The position numbers and the translations under genes are program-made. A DNA stretch of 64,000 bases from Octopus sinensis (lineage: Eukaryota), in assembly GCF_006345805.1 (NCBI RefSeq), contig NC_042999.1, positions 73,346,001-73,410,000 on the forward strand, given 5' to 3'. This document shows, piece after piece, positions 58,303 through 64,000 of this stretch. The notes beneath the pieces were generated by a model. That model was not told the origin of the DNA. It searched no databases and worked only from the letters and a program-made list of their open reading frames with translations. How positions within the stretch are numbered: position 1 is the first letter of the stretch; each line of letters begins with the position of its first letter.

Positions 58303-61300
58303 TGAGCTAAAAAATCAAATCATGATTGAATGGCTGAAAATTAAAGAAACCAGTATGGATGAACGTGATACACTCCCTAAAATCCGCAACTCTAACCAAA
58401 ACATGAAAATAATTGGTAAAACCCGGCTTGCACTTAAGGATATAATTTCAGCTAATGATGTTGATATCACAGATCTCAACCACCTATACTATGCATCCGC
58501 GAAAATTTCAACGATCCTATGTGGTGAAAAGATTAGAAAACGGCAACATTTCCACAAAAAGCCTTCTTTGCAAGAGCGTTTGCAACAACAAATTAAACTA
58601 TTTAGATCTGACATTGAATATTTGAAAAACCTTAAGGTTCATAAGACTACCAAACCTACAAAAACCCAAAAACTAATGAAAAAATATAATATGAAAACTA
58701 TACTTGATATTGATGCCACCATAGAAACCATCAAGCAAAAGGTATCTGCTAAAGCTGCCCGCATAGCGAGGTATGAAAAGCGTGTTAGATTCTTCAAGGA
58801 CAACATGTTCAAAAATAACCACAAATTTTTTTACAGGAAGATAGGGAAAACACCAGTTACTGTAAAGTCTGTACCATCAAAAGAAGTGCTGGGATTTTGG
58901 AATAAAATTTGGGCAGAAGAAAAAACACACAGCGAAAAGGCCCCCTGGATTGATAGAATATCTACAGAACTGGACTCCTTAGAAGAGCAAAAGTGGGAGG
59001 GTGTCAAGGTAGAAGATATAAGATCTGCTCTCAGGAGGTCAAGCAAATGGAAGTCTCCAGGAAAGGATAAAATCCCTAACTTCTGGTTGAATGCCTTCCC
59101 AGAGAGCCATGAACTGCTAAAAGAACTTTACAATGATGTTTTGCAACACCCTAGTAGGATGCCTCCTTGGCTAGTTAATGGGTTAACATTCCTGCTTCCA
59201 AAAAGTGAAGAAACAAATGAACCAAAAAACTATAGACCCATAACCTACTTAACAACTATGTATAAAACACTAACATCTGTCCTGACGGAATATACCTATA
59301 GTTTTTTGACAGACAGTAGCATATTCCCTAATGAACAGAAAGGATGTAAACGTGGATCCTACGGTTGTAAAGATCAACTACTCATCAATAAGATTATCTT
59401 GGAAGATTGTCACAAACGACACAAAAACTTATCAATAGCCTGGATAGACTATAAAAAGGCTTTTGATAGCCTACCACATAGCTGGATTAAGAAATGCCTA
59501 GAAATGTATAAGATAGCACCTACTCTGCGAAACTTTTTGTCAGTAAGTATGAGATCATGGAGAACCACACTAACTTTGAACAGTGACAATGAATCTCTAA
59601 ATGCTGGTGATGTAAAAATTTCATGTGGCATTTTCCAGGGTGGCTCACTATCACCACTCCTCTTCTGTTTAGCCTTAATACCTCTCTCAAAACTGCTCAA
59701 TGACGCGCAGTACGGATATAAAATGTTTGATAAAAATATAAATCATCTCATTTACATGGATGATTTAAAGCTCATTGCAAAAAATGACCAACAACTCAAG
59801 GGCTTACTAGCGATTGTCAAACAATTCAGTGATGACATAAGAATGCAATTTGGCCTCGATAAGTGTGCAAAAGCTACCTTTATCAAAGGAAAAATGACAG
59901 AAACATCTAACGTTAACCTTGACCAGCAGAATGTCATAAAAGAACTAGACCCAGCGGAGAACTACTAGTATCTAGGGGTAATTGAAGGAGACGGAATAAG
60001 GCATTCAGAGATGAAGGAAAGGATCAGGAGAGAATGTTATCGCAGAGTAAGAGCAATACTCAAGACAGAGCTGAATGCGAAAAACAGGATCGAAGCGATC
60101 AATGCATTAGCCATACCAGTCGTGACTTACAGTTTCAATATCGTTAACTGGTCAATTACTGAAATATGTAATCTTGACAGAAAAATACGGAAACTGTTGA
60201 CAATGCATAGAATGCACCACCCTAAGGCAGATACAGAACGACTTTATCTGCCAAGAAAAGAGGGAGGCTGTGGACTTTTACAACTGGCAATAACAATGAA
60301 GATTGCTACAATTGGCCTAGACACCTACCTGAAAAACTCTGAGGACTGGATGTTAAAACTTGTCTCAAAACATGAAAACAAGAAAGCATCATACTAAGTA
60401 ACAAAACAGGCAAAGGAATATCTAAGTGAATTCCGAATACAACAATTTTCGGAATTAGAGATAGACATACAAGAAACAGGCACAGAAAAAGCTAAGCGCA
60501 TGAAAACCCCTGCTAAATCTGCGGCCTTAGATATTCTGAATGATAAATGGCAAGAAAAACCTCTCTATGGCAAATACCCAAAGAGAGCGAATAATGCAGA
60601 TGTTGACAAAGCCCTGACCCATCAATGGCTAATGGCCTCTGGCTTAAAATCTGAAACAGAGGGGTTTATCATAGCAGCTCAAGATCAATACCTACCAACA
60701 AGAAACTACCAGGCCAACATATTAAAGATCAGCAGCAGTCCAACGTGTCGTGTATGCCAGCAACAAAATGAAACCATTGATCATGTGGTCTTCAAGTGCA
60801 GTCTTCTAGCGCCTACAGAGTATCTCAACAGACACGATAGAGCTGCACAATATATTCACTGGGTAATCTGTAAAAACCTGGATTTGCCCCATGATAAAAA
60901 CTGGTGGGAACACAAACCACCTCCAGTGCTTGATAATGACCACATCTCACTCCTCTGGAACTTCACCATTCAAACTGACAGAAAGATAGATGCAAATAGG
61001 CCAGACATCATATTGAAAGACTTCAAACAAAGAACATGCCTCCTCATTGATATGACTGTCCCAATCGATATAAACGCATCTGTCAAGACCTACCAAAAAC
61101 TGAGCAAATATAAAGATCTTGAAATAGAAATCAGCAAAATGTGGAACCTGAAGACTAAGACAATACCTGTTGTCATAGGTGCCCTGGGAATGATAGCAAA
61201 AGGGGCTGATAGCTACCGAACTCAGATACCAGGAAACCCAAAAATGGCAGAAATTCAAAAGATAGTGCTCATGGGAACTGCTCATATCCTACGCAAAATA

Positions 61301-61496
61301 CTTTCTATGTAATCTCAAGGTTTAAAACAAACAATTTTTTTTTAGACATCCACCAGTACAACACAATAAACAACCAAATATATGGCACACTAGGCATAAC
61401 AACAACGTGAACTTCCAACCTGTTGTCTCTTGAGGTCTCCGGGTGAGACTTGGCGCCAACTTGTACAAATATACAAATATAAAGCAAAAGTCAAAC

Positions 61497-61499
<3 letters not shown>
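58301..61499 (+). mobile_element. R4/Dong-clade non-LTR retrotransposon (RT, CCHC knuckle, restriction-like endonuclease); 5'-truncated with two in-frame stops
   Basis: ORFs 58322, 60011 and 60500 share one frame. Motifs: KSPGKDKI, NYRPIT, IDYKKAFDS, GIFQG.SLSPLLF, YMDD, CRVC..ETIDHVVFKC, RHD and RPDIILKD..CLLIDMTVP..K..KY. (AAT)n lies on both sides. Confidence 0.97.
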
Positions 61500-61578
<79 letters not shown>

Positions 61579-61592
61579 CAGCAGCAGCAGCA

Positions 61593-62940
61593 GATTGCAA
61601 TTTGACCTCGTTAAATGTGCAAAAACTACATTTATCAAAGGAAAAATGACAGAAACATCTAACGTTAACCTTGACCAGCAGAATGTCATAAAAGAACTAG
61701 ACCCAGCGGAGAGCTACAAATACCTAGGGATAATTGAAGGGGGCGGAATAAGGCATTCAGTGATGAAGGAAAGGATCAGGAGAGAATGTTATCGCAGAGT
61801 AAGAGCAATACTCAAGACAGAGGTGAATATGAGAAACAGGATCGAAGCGATCAATGCTTTAGCCATACCAGTCGTGACTTACAGTTTCAATATCGTTAGC
61901 TGGTCAATTACAGAAATATGTAATCTTGACAAAAAAATACGAAAACTGTTGACAGTGCATAGAATGCACCACCCTAAGGCAGATATAGAACGAATTTCTC
62001 TGCCAAGAAAAGAGGGAGGCCGTGGACTTTTACAACTGGCATTGACAATGAAAATTGCCACAACTGGCCTAGACACCTACCTGAAAAACTCTGAGGACCG
62101 GATTTTAAAACTTGTCTCAAAACATGAAAACAAGAAAGCATCATACTCATTAATAAAACAGGCAAAGGAATATCTGAGTGAATTCCGAATACAACAAATT
62201 CCGAAATTAGACATACGAGAAACAAGCACAGAAAAAGCTAAGCGCATGAAAACCCCTGCTAAAACTGCTGCTTTAGATATTCTGAATGATAAATGGCAAG
62301 AAAACCTCTCAATGGCAAATACCCGAAGAGAGCTAATAGTGCCGATGTTAACAAAGCCCTGACCCATCAATGGCTAATGGCCTCTGGCTTAAAATCAGAA
62401 ACAGAAGGGTTTATCATAGCAGCTCAAGATCAATACCTACCTCAAGGAACTACCAGGCCAACATATTAAAGAACGGCAGTAGCCCAACATGTGTATGTCA
62501 ACAACAAGATGAAACCATTGATCATGTGGTCTCCAAGTGAAGTCTTTTTGCGCCTACAGAGTATCTCAACAGGCACGATAGAGCTGCACAATATATTCAC
62601 TGGGTAATTTGCAAAAGCCTGGACTTGCCCCATGATAAAAACTGGTGGGAACACAAACCACCTCCAGTGCTTGAAAATGATCACATCTCACTCCTCTGGA
62701 ATTTCGCATTCAAACTGACAGAAAGACAGATGCGAATAGGCCAGACATCATATTGAAAGACTTCAGACAAAACTCGTGCCTCCTTATTGATATGACTGTC
62801 CCAATCGATATAAACGCATCTATCAAGACCTACCAAAAATAAGCAAACATAAAGATCTTGAAATAGAAATTAGCAAAATGTGGAACCTGAAGACTAAAAC
62901 AATACCTGTTGTCATAGGTGCCCTGGGAATGATAGCAAAA
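61593..62940 (+). mobile_element. Second, shorter copy of the same R4/Dong family
   Basis: Closely collinear with 59843-61200, with frameshifts. Truncated at both ends. Confidence 0.93.
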
Positions 62941-63086
62941 TTGGCTTATTGCTGCCTAGCTCAGAGTGTAATTGGTACTTAATTTATCGATCCCGAAAGG
63001 ATGAAAGCCAAAGTCGACCTTGGCGGAATTTGTACTCAGAACTAGCGACGGGCGAAACACCGCTAAGCATTTCGTCCAGCGAGCTG

Positions 63087-63153
<67 letters not shown>

Positions 63154-63155
<2 letters not shown>

Positions 63156-63697
63156 GCCCGGACAATGGCTCTCATGGCTTCTGATCTTAACTGATTGGAA
63201 GTGTTATCATGTACATTGTTTTCTCTTGGTATAAAAGACGGGCTACAGCAAATATTCTGCTCAATAACATAGATTTGTTTGTCAGTTGTTTGACCTTAAC
63301 CAATTGATCATTTCCCTTAGTGGCTGACGATATGTGCATCGCTGATCACGGGCAGAAGCAGTAGGAAGCATCATAGCCATGTGTTCAGAGGGATTCTTTG
63401 GGGTCTGAATAATTCACCTTTGGAAACATGGGTGTTTCATTGAACATCTTTAAACAACCCTTATTCAAGACCCTTTTAAAGCGGGATGGGTTACTCGACC
63501 AGCAGAAAATTCTAACTGGGCCCCACCTGCAAGGTCATGTGCTGTTTATCGTGATATGAGATCTCCATGTCGCGCATATATGGTTGTGATGCATGTGCCT
63601 AGTGTACCCTTATCAGACGGATAGTCATGATGGGTATACTGGGCTTCGTATATTTTACCCTAGTGTCACTTTTATGGCATGCACTGCTCTCTCACTC
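63154..63697. mobile_element. 540-bp (AAT)n-inserted element, copy 3
   Basis: Collinear with 41336-41875, with (AAT)n on both sides. Confidence 0.85.
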
Positions 63698-63826
63698 AAT
63701 AATAATAATAATGGTTTAAAATTTTGCCACAAGGGCAGCAGTTTGGGGGAGGGGCAAGTCGATTACATCAACCCCAGTGTGTAATTGGTACCAACCGACT
63801 TTAAAAAAATTACACGAGCCGCACTT

Positions 63827-64000
63827 ACTACTACTACTACTACTACTACTACTACAACAACAACTACTGCTGCTGCTGTTGCTGTTACTGCTGCTGTTGC
63901 TGCTACTACTGCTGCTGCTACTACTGCTACTACTGCTGCTGCTACCACTGCTGCTGTCACTGCTACTATTATTACTACCCCTGCTGCTGTTGCTACTACT
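63827..64000. repeat. (CTA/CTG/TTG)n trinucleotide low-complexity tract
   Basis: Direct reading. Confidence 0.9.

Noticed and set aside
59966-60397. Idea that A-to-I editing repairs the two stop codons of the Dong ORF
   Set aside because: Editing would give Trp, but the sister copy encodes Lys and Ser there, so these are ordinary nonsense mutations.

Overview
This is AT-rich, microsatellite-saturated eukaryotic DNA. Its repeat content (Meta-domain tRNA-SINEs, Penelope-like fragments, R4/Dong and RTE LINEs) strongly suggests an octopus or other coleoid cephalopod; that is an inference, as no search was run. Almost all ORF-track entries are microsatellite or antisense artefacts. One real host gene can be assembled by hand on the + strand: a three-exon, 140-aa secreted prohormone. 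Its exons are an ATG-only first coding exon at 30582-30584 behind a TATA/Inr promoter, exon 2 at 48765-48952 and exon 3 at 53951-54182, with AATAAA at 54413. It encodes a signal peptide, a 44-residue 8-cysteine peptide ending in an amidation/cleavage signal (V-G-KR), and dibasic-flanked Trp tetrapeptides (SGWY, GSWD, 3x GSWN). The rest of the window is mobile DNA: mariner, RTE and Helitron fossils; a Penelope-like element with inverted arms; several minimal hammerhead-ribozyme motifs; SINE arrays; an 822-bp tandem duplication; and a cluster of (AAT)n-targeted R4/Dong retrotransposons, plus a 540-bp non-coding element that is also found only inside (AAT)n.
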